Counted from the stretch's first letter, positions 11,038 to 22,053 are shown. The stretch is DNA of 64,000 nucleotides from Burkholderiales bacterium (GCA_036522275.1 DATDGC010000057.1:7561-71560); one strand, 5' to 3'. The notes: a model not told the origin generated them from the letters alone. Numbers and translations are program-made.

Positions 11038-11125
11038 CGTTTGCATTTTCCCGCTGCCGCGACAGCCTCACGGTGAAGCAGCAATGTTCGGACTGAACTT
11101 AATATTTCATAAAGGATAACGCGTT

Positions 11126-13228
11126 TTGAAGCACATAAAAAAGAGTTTTAGCTGCGGTAATCAACAAATCACGCTGGAAACCGGCGAAGTTGCGCGCCAA
11201 GCGACTGGCGCAGTGATGGTAAACATGGATGAGACGGTGGTACTGGTCACTGTGGTCGGGGCCAAGCAAACAAAACCAGGCCAGGACTTTTTTCCACTGA
11301 CCGTAGATTACCAGGAACGCACTTATGCCGCCGGAAAAATTCCCGGCGGTTTTTTTAGGCGTGAAGGCCGACCCTCGGAAAAGGAAACCCTGACCTCGCG
11401 CTTGATTGACCGCCCATTGCGCCCGTTGTTTCCGGAAGGTTTTTACAACGAGGTGCAAATCGTTGCCACCGTGGTGTCTTCCAACAACGAGGTTGATTCC
11501 GACATTCTGGCGATACTGGGAGCTTCGGCGGCGATGGCTATTTCAGGGATTCCCTTTAATGGGCCGATCGGCGCAGCACGAGTAGGGTATGTCAACGGCG
11601 AATATATATTAAATCCCACCGCTACCCAATTAAAGTCTTCTTCCCTCAATCTGGTGGTTGCGGGCACTGAACAGGCTGTGCTGATGGTCGAATCGGAAGC
11701 GCTGGAACTGCCCGAAGACATCATGCTTGGCGCGGTGGTGTTCGGGCATCGCGAAATGCAGGCGGCGATCAAAGCGATCAACGAACTCGCAGACGAAGCG
11801 GGCACGCCGCTTTGGGACTTTAAGCCCCCGGTCAAGGACGAATCGCTGATAGCGAGAGTCACTGAACTTGCGGAAGCCGATTTGCGCCAGGCCTACGGCA
11901 TCAGGCAAAAGCAAGCGCGAAGCCAGCAGATAGACACAATCCGTGGCCGGGTATTAAGCGAACTCAATGGTGAAAATCCTGATCCTGAGCGCGAGAACCT
12001 GATTAAAACCATTTTCATGGATGTGGAAGCGAAAATCGTGCGCAGCCAGATTCTCGACGGCGAGCCGCGTATAGACGGTCGCGACACCCGCACCGTGCGG
12101 CCTATCACCATCCGCACGGGCGTGTTGCCGCGCGCTCATGGCTCGGCGCTGTTTACACGCGGTGAAACCCAGGCACTGGTGGTGGCGACGCTCGGCACTG
12201 CACGCGATGGGCAGATCATAGATGCGCTGCAAGGCGAATATACCGACCGCTTCATGCTCCATTACAACATGCCGCCTTATGCAACCGGAGAAACCGGTCG
12301 CGTCGGCTCGCCCAAGCGCCGCGAAATCGGCCATGGGCGATTGACGAAGCGCGCATTGATCGGCGTGTTGCCGACCGTGGAGGAATTTGGCTATTCCATG
12401 CGCGTGGTGTCGGAAATCACCGAATCAAACGGTTCCAGCTCGATGGCCTCGGTGTGCGGCGGCTGTCTTGCGCTGATGGACGCCGGCGTTCCTATCAAGG
12501 CGCATGTCGCGGGCATCGCCATGGGCCTCATCAAGGAAAGCAAACGCTTTGCGGTGCTCACTGATATTCTGGGCGATGAGGACCATCTCGGCGATATGGA
12601 CTTCAAGGTGGCGGGCACTGAAAAGGGCGTCACCTCTCTGCAGATGGATATCAAGATTCAGGGCATCACCACGGAAATCATGCGCGTTGCTCTCAATCAG
12701 GCGCGCGAAGGGCGCATGCATATTCTGGAGTTGATGAAACAGGCACTGCCCAGCCCGCGCGGTGAAATTTCGGCTTACGCGCCGCGCATCATGACCATCA
12801 AGATCAAACCGGAGAAAATTCGTGATGTCATTGGCAAGGGTGGTGCGGTGATCCGCGCACTTACCGAAGAAACCGGGACATCCATTGATATTGCCGAAGA
12901 CGGCACGGTGACCATTGCTTGCCCCGCCTCGGAAGGTTGTCTGCTGGCGAAGAAGCGCATTGAGGACATCACCGCCGATGTGGAGGTCGGCCGGGTTTAT
13001 CAAGGCACGGTACTCAAGCTCCTGGATTTTGGCGCCATCGTGAGTGTGCTGCCCGGCAAGGACGGGTTGCTGCACATCTCGCAAATCGCCAACGAGCGTG
13101 TCAACAGCGTGGCGGAGCACCTTAAAGAAGGACAGACGGTTAAAGTGAAAGTGCTGGAAGCGGACGATAAAGGCCGGCTGCGTTTGAGTATGAAAGCGGT
13201 TGCAGCGGAAACGACGACGACTCAGTAA
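11126..13228 (+). CDS. pnp: polyribonucleotide nucleotidyltransferase (PNPase)
   Basis: 700 aa. Two RNase PH domains, then KH and S1 domains ([18 protein letters not shown]). TTG start. Follows rpsO. Confidence 0.95.
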   Translation: MKHIKKSFSCGNQQITLETGEVARQATGAVMVNMDETVVLVTVVGAKQTKPGQDFFPLTVDYQERTYAAGKIPGGFFRREGRPSEKETLTSRLIDRPLRPLFPEGFYNEVQIVATVVSSNNEVDSDILAILGASAAMAISGIPFNGPIGAARVGYVNGEYILNPTATQLKSSSLNLVVAGTEQAVLMVESEALELPEDIMLGAVVFGHREMQAAIKAINELADEAGTPLWDFKPPVKDESLIARVTELAEADLRQAYGIRQKQARSQQIDTIRGRVLSELNGENPDPERENLIKTIFMDVEAKIVRSQILDGEPRIDGRDTRTVRPITIRTGVLPRAHGSALFTRGETQALVVATLGTARDGQIIDALQGEYTDRFMLHYNMPPYATGETGRVGSPKRREIGHGRLTKRALIGVLPTVEEFGYSMRVVSEITESNGSSSMASVCGGCLALMDAGVPIKAHVAGIAMGLIKESKRFAVLTDILGDEDHLGDMDFKVAGTEKGVTSLQMDIKIQGITTEIMRVALNQAREGRMHILELMKQALPSPRGEISAYAPRIMTIKIKPEKIRDVIGKGGAVIRALTEETGTSIDIAEDGTVTIACPASEGCLLAKKRIEDITADVEVGRVYQGTVLKLLDFGAIVSVLPGKDGLLHISQIANERVNSVAEHLKEGQTVKVKVLEADDKGRLRLSMKAVAAETTTTQ

Positions 13229-13255
13229 AGTTTTTTATTCGGAAAACAAAATACG

Positions 13256-13290
13256 AAGGGGCGGCTCAACGAGCCGCCCCTTACTTTTTC
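13256..13290. terminator. bidirectional rho-independent terminator between pnp and dksA
   Basis: Perfect 12-bp stem AAGGGGCGGCTC-aac-GAGCCGCCCCTT, with T-rich runs on both strands. Confidence 0.8.
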
Positions 13291-13306
13291 TGTCGGGAAG
13301 AGGGGG

Positions 13307-13744
13307 CTACTTAGCTACCTGTTTCTCCCGCAATTCATCCAGCGTCTTGCAGTCAATGCACAGGGTGGCGGTAGGCCGCGCTTCAAGGCGCTTCAGGCCG
13401 ATTTCAACGCCACAATTTTCGCAGTGACCGTAATCTCCCGAGTCAATTTTGCTGATGGTTTCATCAATTTTCTTGATGAGCTTGCGCTCACGGTCGCGGT
13501 TGCGCAATTCCAGGGCCATGTCGGATTCCTGGCTGGCGCGATCATTAGGGTCGGCAAAAATAGTTGCCTCGTCCTGCATGGTGTGCACGGTGCGGTCTAT
13601 ATCCTGGCCCAACTCGACCTTCAGGGCTTCAAGGATTTTGCGGAAATGCCCAAGCTGTTTCGGGTTCATGTATTCTTCCCCCTTTTTTGGTACATAGGGG
13701 GTGAATTGTTTATGTAATTCCGGGGACATCTTCATAGCATCCAT
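13307..13744 (-). CDS. dksA: RNA polymerase-binding transcription factor DksA
   Basis: C4 zinc finger [25 protein letters not shown] and a coiled-coil region with DPNDRASQE. The start is uncertain: ATG 13744 was chosen, but the ORF is open to TTG 13804. Confidence 0.85.
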   Translation of the reverse strand: MDAMKMSPELHKQFTPYVPKKGEEYMNPKQLGHFRKILEALKVELGQDIDRTVHTMQDEATIFADPNDRASQESDMALELRNRDRERKLIKKIDETISKIDSGDYGHCENCGVEIGLKRLEARPTATLCIDCKTLDELREKQVAK

Positions 13745-13827
13745 AATATGGAAAACCGCCTTGATATCAGAAATTGAATTATACCGCAAGTTCAATTTGC
13801 TCAAGCTGATTTTCTCCGCGTGGCGAA

Positions 13828-13856
13828 TTGACCTTTACCCTGGTCAAGAGTATATT
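13828..13856 (+). promoter_or_regulatory. candidate sigma70 promoter of the tRNA-Pro/Arg/His operon
   Basis: TTGACC (13828-13833), 17-nt spacer, TATATT (13851-13856), GC-rich discriminator (cgcgc). The tRNA starts 11 nt downstream. Confidence 0.55.
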
Positions 13857-13866
13857 TACGCGCTTC

Positions 13867-13943
13867 CGGGGTGTAGCGCAGCCTGGTAGCGCGCTTGCTT
13901 TGGGAGCAAGATGTCGGGAGTTCAAATCTCTCCACCCCGACCA
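13867..13943 (+). tRNA. tRNA-Pro (anticodon TGG)
   Basis: Cloverleaf folded by hand. Acceptor CGGGGTG/CACCCCG, anticodon loop TTTGGGA, T-loop TTCAAAT, encoded CCA. Confidence 0.9.
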
Positions 13944-13997
13944 ACTTCAAACCCGGTTGGTGTGACCGGTTTTATACTTTCGCGAGCGGTTGCTGCT

Positions 13998-14074
13998 GTG
14001 CCCGTAGCTCAACCGGATAGAGCACCAGCCTTCTAAGCTGGGGGTTGTGGGTTCGATTCCCGCCGGGCACGCCA
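13998..14074 (+). tRNA. tRNA-Arg (anticodon TCT)
   Basis: Acceptor GTGCCCG/CGGGCAC, anticodon loop CTTCTAA, T-loop TTCGATT, encoded CCA. Confidence 0.9.
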
Positions 14075-14111
14075 AATATTCAACCAAAACGCTGCCAGCT
14101 TTTTTATCCAT

Positions 14112-14187
14112 GGTGGACGTAGCTCAAAGGTAGAGTCCCGGATTGTGATTCCGGTTGTTGTGGGTTCGAATCCCATCGTCCACCCCA
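14112..14187 (+). tRNA. tRNA-His (anticodon GTG)
   Basis: Extra G at position -1 paired with discriminator C. Acceptor GTGGACG/CGTCCAC, anticodon loop TTGTGAT, encoded CCA. Confidence 0.9.
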
Positions 14188-14346
14188 CAATTTAATGATT
14201 TACCCTTTCTTAGAGCGCAGCAGGCGCTGTTTTTGGCGCTGCCATTCGCGTTCTTTTTCGGCTTCGCGCTTGTTGTGCTGCTTCTTGCCTTTGGCGAGTC
14301 CAATCTCCAGTTTTATTTTACCGCGGGTGTAATGAATAGTCAGCGG
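14143..14346. repeat. direct repeat copy 1 (tRNA-His 3' half plus smpB 3' end), attL-like
   Basis: 204 bp, aligns with 15022..15219 with about 8 substitutions and one 6-nt indel. It starts in the tRNA-His anticodon loop. Confidence 0.85.
14200..14340 (-). pseudogene. truncated smpB 3' fragment (last ~45 codons)
   Basis: Reverse strand reads [44 protein letters not shown]-stop. This is nearly identical to the C-terminus of the intact smpB at 15073..15522 (one D to N change). No upstream coding part remains. Confidence 0.85.
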
Positions 14347-14359
14347 GATTGCTTCGCTC

Positions 14360-14545
14360 CTATTGTCGTCTTATTATTGTAAAGTCCAGGTCGTCCGCTT
14401 GCAGTTCTGTGTGCTCCCTCGGTGCCACTGGTATAAATGCCGTGGCATCGTCACGTGACGCGCGGCGGTTCCGCTTGCGGCGGTCATACCCGGTCACGCC
14501 CCGCTGTGTCGTTGTGCGCCTGTCCTGCTTTCTGCGTGTCTGCAT
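14360..14545 (-). CDS. hypothetical small Arg-rich protein (61 aa)
   Basis: The ATG at 14545 is preceded by AGGAG about 9 nt upstream. Sequence: [33 protein letters not shown]... I recognise no family. The longer 112-aa ORF to 14698 starts at a TTG. Confidence 0.35.
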   Translation of the reverse strand: MQTRRKQDRRTTTQRGVTGYDRRKRNRRASRDDATAFIPVAPREHTELQADDLDFTIIRRQ

Positions 14546-14734
14546 GTATTTGCTCCTACTGACCGTTAAGCTGCTCCAGTTTGTTGCTCGCTCGTTTCGC
14601 CTTCTGTGCCGCCGCCCTCTCATGACACATGCCAAATGTGTTACTCCAATAATCTGATTCTCATCGAGTGAGCGAGGCCCACTTTTGTGGACGGGCAAGT
14701 TGATGTTACTTTATCAACATTGTTAGGAGAATCC

Positions 14735-14830
14735 ATGAAAAACGATAGGAAATTCAATCCTGCTCTTTTCGCGCGTCTGGCCGATGGCGACGGTTTGGCG
14801 CTGATTCAGCGCTGCCGGGCATTGCGCTGA
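14735..14830 (+). CDS. hypothetical 31-aa ORF
   Basis: The ATG at 14735 is preceded by AGGAGA 4 nt upstream. Sequence: MKNDRKFNPALFARLADGDGLALIQRCRALR. Not in the ORF track (shorter than 60 aa). Confidence 0.25.
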   Translation: MKNDRKFNPALFARLADGDGLALIQRCRALR

Positions 14831-14902
14831 GAATATATTGCGCCTGCGCTCGGCCAATTGCAATGCCGGTTACATCAAGATGGCGCGAATACTGAGGGCG
14901 TG

Positions 14903-15029
14903 ACCATCACGTAACCACTTTTAAGCTTTGTGACGCTTTTCTAGACTACGTACCACTAATTTTGGAAATGGCGAGCGTTACAAGGCATTGATTAGTAAAA
15001 TGCACGAATCCTATGGTTCAGTTGTGATT
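14903..15029. repeat. arm-like module A (ACGTAACCA-type repeats), homologous to 41799..41866 in reverse orientation
   Basis: 14903-14921 (19/19 nt) and 14987-15029 (40/43 nt) match the reverse complement of 41799..41866. Locus A has an extra 65 nt between the two parts. Confidence 0.8.
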
Positions 15030-15066
15030 CCGGTTGTTGTGGGTTCGAATCCCATCGTCCACCCCA
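15022..15066 (+). pseudogene. orphan tRNA-His 3' fragment (anticodon loop to CCA)
   Basis: TTGTGATTCCGGTTGTTGTGGGTTCGAATCCCATCGTCCACCCCA is identical to 14143..14187. The 5' half is absent. Confidence 0.9.
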
Positions 15067-15219
15067 CAAGATTTATCCTTTCTTAGAGCGCAGCAGGCGC
15101 TGTTTTTGGCGCTGCCATTCGCGTTCTTTTTCAGCTTCGCGCTTGTCGTGCTGCTTCTTGCCTTTGGCGAGACCAATCTCCAGCTTTATTTTACCGCGGG
15201 TGTAATGAACATCCAGCGG
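15022..15219. repeat. direct repeat copy 2, attR-like
   Basis: 198 bp, about 96% identical to 14143..14346. Confidence 0.85.
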
Positions 15220-15522
15220 CACCATGGTATAGCCCGCGCGTTCCACCTTGCCGATCAGCTTATTGATTTCCTCGGCACGCAGCAACAATTTGCGGGTGCG
15301 CGTGGGGTCGGGCGTGATATGAGTTGATGCGGTCGCCAGCGGGCTGATATGGCAGCCGGTGATGAAAATCTCGTCCTTGTGCACTACCACATAGGCTTCC
15401 TTGATCTGGCAGCGGCCGGCGCGGATGGCCTTGACCTCCCAGCCTTTGAGCGCGATCCCTGTCTCGTATTTTTCTTCGATGAAGTAATCGTGGAAGGCTT
15501 TTTTGTTCTGAACAATGCTCAT
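15073..15522 (-). CDS. smpB: SsrA-binding protein SmpB
   Basis: 149 aa. [26 protein letters not shown] is a typical SmpB N-terminus. Basic C-terminal tail. Confidence 0.95.
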   Translation of the reverse strand: MSIVQNKKAFHDYFIEEKYETGIALKGWEVKAIRAGRCQIKEAYVVVHKDEIFITGCHISPLATASTHITPDPTRTRKLLLRAEEINKLIGKVERAGYTMVPLDVHYTRGKIKLEIGLAKGKKQHDKREAEKEREWQRQKQRLLRSKKG

Positions 15523-15572
15523 AAGGCGCGGACACTGTTAAAATTTGTTGATTTTATCAGCTTTGGAGTGCT

Positions 15573-16004
15573 ATGGCCCGGGTAGATAGATCGGTGCTGG
15601 TGGGATATACCGCGCAGCAAATGTTTTCTCTGGTGGACAGGGTAGAAGAATATCCTGAGTTTCTGCCGTGGTGTGCCGGCGCCTCGGTCAGCCGGCGCGA
15701 CGACAAAATCACTATGGCCACCATTCATCTTGATTACCGTTATCTCAAGCAAAGTTTTTCTACTGAAAATACCAAGCATGCGCCGCATTTGATCGAAATA
15801 CGGCTGATAAGCGGCCCGTTCCGCCACCTTGAGGGACGCTGGCATTTTATTGAACTGGGAGAAGCGGGTTGCAAAATCGAATTCAGCCTGCATTATGAAT
15901 TTTCCAGCAAGCTGCTGGAAAAACTGCTGAGCCCGGCGTTCCGGCATATCGCCGACAATTTTGTGGATGGCTTTATCAAGCGTGCTGAAAATATTTACGG
16001 TTAA
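15573..16004 (+). CDS. ratA: RatA-family SRPBCC protein (polyketide cyclase/Coq10-like)
   Basis: 143 aa. VEEYPEFLPWC motif. Conserved divergent position next to smpB and upstream of rnfH. Confidence 0.85.
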   Translation: MARVDRSVLVGYTAQQMFSLVDRVEEYPEFLPWCAGASVSRRDDKITMATIHLDYRYLKQSFSTENTKHAPHLIEIRLISGPFRHLEGRWHFIELGEAGCKIEFSLHYEFSSKLLEKLLSPAFRHIADNFVDGFIKRAENIYG

Positions 16005-16301
16005 ATGAGCAACGAGATCACCATCGAAGTAGCCTATGCCGATACGCGCAGCCAGACTATTTTGCGTCTGCGAGTGAAAAGCGGTACCACGGTTGGCGAG
16101 GCGATAAAACAATCGGGCGTTCTGGAGCAATATCCGGAAATTGATCTGGGCCTGAATAAAGTGGGTATTTTCGGCAAGCTGGCAAGGACAGATACGATGT
16201 TGCGCGACCGGGACCGGGTGGAAATCTACCGTGCATTGATTGCCGATCCCAAAGAGGCCCGCCGGCGGCGGGCGCAGGCAGCTAAAAGAGGCAGGAAATA
16301 A
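16005..16301 (+). CDS. rnfH: RnfH family ubiquitin-like protein
   Basis: 98 aa. IEVAYA ... VGIFGK ... L.DRDRVEIYR pattern. Immediately follows ratA. Confidence 0.8.
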   Translation: MSNEITIEVAYADTRSQTILRLRVKSGTTVGEAIKQSGVLEQYPEIDLGLNKVGIFGKLARTDTMLRDRDRVEIYRALIADPKEARRRRAQAAKRGRK

Positions 16302-16307
16302 TCCGGG

Positions 16308-16799
16308 TTATTTTTTCGGGTTGCACCAGAAATCTACGGCTTTTTGCGTATTCGCGATTTCCTGTGGGCGTGCATTGTCATCGAGGTATGCGCGCTCGCC
16401 TTTTTCGTTATATACGGTGACGCGCTGCCCTGTCTGCAGGGACTGCAGACTGCTGCGCGCTTGTTCGCAGTTTTGCTGGGCTACCTTGGCTTCGGCCAGC
16501 GCTTTTTCATCTTTTGCGCGTTTTGCCTCAGCTTCCGCTTGGCGCTTGCGGAATTCCGCGCCCTCTTCGATGTAGGTTTTGGGACCGGCTGATTTGGGCG
16601 CGGCCTTCCCCGTGCCGGGAGCCTCGGTGCCGCTCGTTCCGGATTTGATGCCCAGGGTTTGCTCCTCTTTGATGGTTTCCGGAGCTGGCTGATCGGAATA
16701 ATGAACAGTTCCGTCGGCGTCCACCCATTTGTAGACCTCGCAGTACGCACTTGTCGTGGCCAACAATGCCAACACAATTAAGCTCAATATACGCAGCAT
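16308..16799 (-). CDS. DUF4124 domain-containing secreted protein
   Basis: Signal peptide, then VYKWVDADGTVHYSDQP (the DUF4124 signature), then a charged coiled region. Confidence 0.7.
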   Translation of the reverse strand: MLRILSLIVLALLATTSAYCEVYKWVDADGTVHYSDQPAPETIKEEQTLGIKSGTSGTEAPGTGKAAPKSAGPKTYIEEGAEFRKRQAEAEAKRAKDEKALAEAKVAQQNCEQARSSLQSLQTGQRVTVYNEKGERAYLDDNARPQEIANTQKAVDFWCNPKK

Positions 16800-16926
16800 G
16801 ATGCGGCTCCTAAAACAGGTTTCTTAAGTGTATGCCAATTGGCTGGTAAATAGTAGTGTGAATTTAACAGCTAAACATCAGGATTGGTTGACCCGGCAAA
16901 GCGTTGCTAACCCGACCAACGTCGTA

Positions 16927-16955
16927 TTTACCGACTGACGCATGTTGCGTATAAT
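16927..16955 (+). promoter_or_regulatory. candidate sigma70 promoter of guaBA
   Basis: TTTACC (16927-16932), 17-nt spacer, consensus TATAAT (16950-16955), 23 nt upstream of the guaB ATG. Confidence 0.4.
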
Positions 16956-16957
16956 AG

Positions 16958-18439
<1,482 letters not shown>

Positions 18440-18486
18440 GGCGCGGAAAATTGCATGACATGGCGCCTCGACACTCACGCCTTGCA

Positions 18487-20112
18487 ATGACGCATCAAAA
18501 AATCCTCATCCTTGATTTCGGTTCCCAGTACACGCAGCTGATCGCGCGCCGCGTGCGTGAGACCAAAGTTTACTGCGAACTGCACCCCTACGACGTAGGT
18601 GAAAGATTCATCCGCAAATTCAACCCGCGCGGCATCATTCTATCCGGCGGCCCGTCCTCGGTGATCGAAGGGGACACGCCGCGCGCACCGCAGGTCGTGT
18701 TCGAGATCGGCGTGCCGGTGCTGGGAATCTGCTACGGCATGCAGACCATGGCGGCGCAGCTCGGCGGCGAGGTGGAAAACGCTCTGGTGCGAGAATTCGG
18801 TTATGCCGAAGTGCGTGCAAGAGGGCATTCCGAATTGTTGCGGGAAATCCAGGACCGGACCAATATGGAAGGCCACAGTTTGCTCGACGTGTGGATGAGT
18901 CATGGCGACCAAGTGAATGTACTGCCTGGCGGTTTTAAAGTCATCGCCAACAACGTCGCTACACCGATTGCCGCAATGGCTGACGAAAGCCGCAAGCTTT
19001 ACGGGTTGCAGTTTCATCCTGAAGTAACCCACACGCCGCAAGGCAAACGCATCATCGAGCGCTTCGTGCACGAGGTTTGCGGGCTCAAGGGCGACTGGAA
19101 CATGCCCGATTATTTGGAAGAGGCGGTTGCCAAAATCCGCAACGAAGTGGGCAAGGAGGAAGTTTTACTTGGACTATCCGGCGGCGTGGATTCGGCAGTC
19201 ACCGCCACGCTGCTGCATAGGGCTATCGGCAAGCAACTAACCTGCGTCTTTGTGGACAATGGGCTGCTGCGGCTCAATGAAGCCAAGCAGGTCATGGATA
19301 CCTTCAGCCTCAATCTGGGTGTCAAGGTCATTCAGGTGGATGCATCCAACAAATTCTTGAAAAAGCTTTCAGGAGTTTTTGATCCGGAACAGAAGCGCAA
19401 AATCATCGGCAGGGAATTTATTGAAGTGTTCCAGCGTGAGGCGAAGAAGCTTCGGCAGGTCAAATGGCTCGCCCAAGGAACGATTTACCCCGACGTGATT
19501 GAATCCGCCGGCGCCAAGACCAAAAAGGCGCAGTCCATCAAATCGCATCACAACGTTGGCGGCCTGCCGAAAACATTGCATCTGAAACTGCTCGAGCCGC
19601 TGCGTGAATTGTTCAAGGACGAAGTGCGCGAATTGGGCTTGGCGTTGGGCTTGCCGCGGGAAATGGTTTACCGCCACCCGTTCCCTGGACCGGGGCTGGG
19701 CGTGCGTATCGTGGGTGAGGTGAAAAAGCAATATGCCGATTTATTGCGGCGCGCCGACGCCATTTTCATCGAAGAGTTGCGCGCGACACCTTACCTTACC
19801 TCCCCATCACAGGGGGAGGGGCAGGGCGGGAGTCGAAATATACCCAAGAATTGGTACGACGCCACTGCGCAAGCCTTCGCGGTGTTCCTGCCGGTGAAAT
19901 CGGTAGGGGTGATGGGCGATGGCCGGACTTATGAATATGTCGTGTGCCTGCGCGCAGTCACTACCCAGGACTTCATGACCGCGCAGTGGGCGGAGCTTCC
20001 TCACGCGTTACTCTCGAAAGTCTCCAACCGCATCATCAACGAAGTGCGCGGCATCAACCGCGTGGTGTACGACATTTCCGGTAAGCCGCCGGCGACCATC
20101 GAGTGGGAATAA
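18487..20112 (+). CDS. guaA: GMP synthase (glutamine-hydrolysing)
   Basis: Internal ATG ([18 protein letters not shown]). GATase motif GICYGMQ, ATP-PPase SGGVDS, C-terminus [10 protein letters not shown]. Carries an extra segment of about 14 aa (see findings). Confidence 0.95.
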   Translation: MTHQKILILDFGSQYTQLIARRVRETKVYCELHPYDVGERFIRKFNPRGIILSGGPSSVIEGDTPRAPQVVFEIGVPVLGICYGMQTMAAQLGGEVENALVREFGYAEVRARGHSELLREIQDRTNMEGHSLLDVWMSHGDQVNVLPGGFKVIANNVATPIAAMADESRKLYGLQFHPEVTHTPQGKRIIERFVHEVCGLKGDWNMPDYLEEAVAKIRNEVGKEEVLLGLSGGVDSAVTATLLHRAIGKQLTCVFVDNGLLRLNEAKQVMDTFSLNLGVKVIQVDASNKFLKKLSGVFDPEQKRKIIGREFIEVFQREAKKLRQVKWLAQGTIYPDVIESAGAKTKKAQSIKSHHNVGGLPKTLHLKLLEPLRELFKDEVRELGLALGLPREMVYRHPFPGPGLGVRIVGEVKKQYADLLRRADAIFIEELRATPYLTSPSQGEGQGGSRNIPKNWYDATAQAFAVFLPVKSVGVMGDGRTYEYVVCLRAVTTQDFMTAQWAELPHALLSKVSNRIINEVRGINRVVYDISGKPPATIEWE

Positions 20113-20243
20113 CGGCCCGGTTGAGCAATCGGCGAAAAGCGAGCGAAGCGTTGCAGATAGCCGCTCCACTTGAACTTGATGCCAGGGTTCATGCTAGCCT
20201 GCATGCCCAAGACTGCAAGAGATGCCGTTCACTCAGGCGTCGA

Positions 20244-20693
20244 TTATTTACTGCTGCCACCCGTGAGATCAGAAGGGAATCTGGAAGAGCCGTATCGGAT
20301 GACCAATGTCGCGAGCGTGAGCAACAGGATCGCTCCCGGAATAAAGAGAATGCTCTGATCGGGGTGGTGATTAATTTGTATGTCGGCGATCAACATCCTT
20401 GTCAAAGCCGTAATCGCTACATAGATCAGAAACCGGACCGGCATGTGGTTGGTCTTGAAATAGATGCCGACCATTGCCCCGAGTTCGAGGTAGATAAACA
20501 GAAGCAGGATATCCTCGATCGAGGCGTGACTCTTCGTCACCATCCCGTAGAACGCGAACGCCGCTGACCATACAATGGCACCCCCGATGGCAAACAATGC
20601 CAGATAATGGAAAGCGTCAACCAATAGATTGCCGACAATCTCCGAGAACCTGTTGATCTTTTGGCGAAGCATGTCGGCCTGCTGTAGTTTCAT
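20244..20693 (-). CDS. psiE: phosphate-starvation-inducible PsiE family membrane protein
   Basis: 149 aa. Four predicted TM helices. The YLELGAMVGIYFK pattern is typical of PsiE. Confidence 0.7.
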   Translation of the reverse strand: MKLQQADMLRQKINRFSEIVGNLLVDAFHYLALFAIGGAIVWSAAFAFYGMVTKSHASIEDILLLFIYLELGAMVGIYFKTNHMPVRFLIYVAITALTRMLIADIQINHHPDQSILFIPGAILLLTLATLVIRYGSSRFPSDLTGGSSK

Positions 20694-20925
20694 AGTCAGT
20701 TTCCTCCCCGAATTCTGCGGCCCTCTATTCTGAGCCTTAACCAGAAATAACTACCCAGAATTAATTACACCAAATCCTACATGATTTTGTCATCCTGCAC
20801 TAGAATCAAGGCGTTGATTTACGCCTGCGTGATGAACAAGGGGGCCGGGGTGCGCACACTCAGCTGGAACGTTTGCAGACGTTTCATGAACATAACCTGT
20901 GATATTCTGAAAAACAGTCCTCTAA

Positions 20926-21398
<473 letters not shown>

Positions 21399-21399
<1 letters not shown>

Positions 21400-21884
21400 T
21401 GGCAAAAATCGTTGTGAGCCTGCCGCAGCAAACTCTGACTTTGCTCGATGAGCAGGGCAGGGAGGTGAGCCGCTATCGGGTTTCCGCCTCAAAAAAAGGC
21501 GCGGGAGAATTGAACGGCAGCTACTGCACGCCTCGCGGGCTGCACGTGATTCGCGCCAAAATCGGCGCCGGCCTGCCGGTGAACACAGTATTTGTCGACC
21601 GCCGTCCCACCGGCGAAATTTACACGCACGAACTCGCCAAGCTCCATCCCGACCGCGATTGGATTCTGACGCGCATTCTCTGGCTTTCCGGCTGCGAAGT
21701 CGGATTCAACCGGCTAGGCAACGTTGACACCATGCGTCGTTATATTTATATCCACGGCAGCCCGGACAGCGTGGAAATGGGCAAGCCTGGCTCAATAGGC
21801 TGCATCAGGATGCGCAATCAGGATTTGCTGGGACTCTTCGATACAGTAGCGGTCGGCACCCCTGTGGAAATCCGCGAACGCTAG
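21399..21884 (+). CDS. L,D-transpeptidase (YkuD) family protein
   Basis: Catalytic motif HGS...GSIGCIRM. 1-nt overlap with the tadA stop. No obvious signal peptide. Confidence 0.75.
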
Positions 21885-22053
21885 CCCCTTTCGGTCATCC
21901 TTTCTTGTATTCACTCGAATTGCGCCGCAGCATTTTTTAAAGCTCTAATAGCTTATCTAAAACAATATGATGCATATGTGTACAAAATCAATTGTGCATT
22001 GCACCATGCTATGCTAGACTTAACTTATGCCATTGATTTTATTGTGAAGGAAC

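Larger units (their letters stand above)
14347..15021. mobile_element. 675-bp insert between the direct repeats (integrative-element relic or CIME-like unit, no integrase)
   Basis: Unique sequence bracketed by the two repeat copies. It contains only two small ORFs and an arm-like repeat module. Confidence 0.55.

Noticed and set aside
14155-14382. ORFs beginning MLWVRIPSSTPQ (also at 15034..15327)
   Set aside because: They start inside the tRNA-His T-arm and run antisense to smpB and its truncated copy. The pair exists only because of the direct repeat.
14640-14670. Weak resemblance of CTGATTCTCATCGAG to the 5' end of tmRNA (GGGGCTGATTCTGGATTCGAC), next to smpB
   Set aside because: There is no GGGG acceptor start, no tag reading frame and no tRNA-Ala-like 3' end nearby. 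The similarity is limited to about 10 nt.
21960-22050. Palindromes TGTACA and GTGCAtTGCAC upstream of the FabG-like SDR gene as a possible operator
   Set aside because: They are short, AT-rich intergenic sequences with no adjacent regulator gene. There is not enough evidence to call a site.
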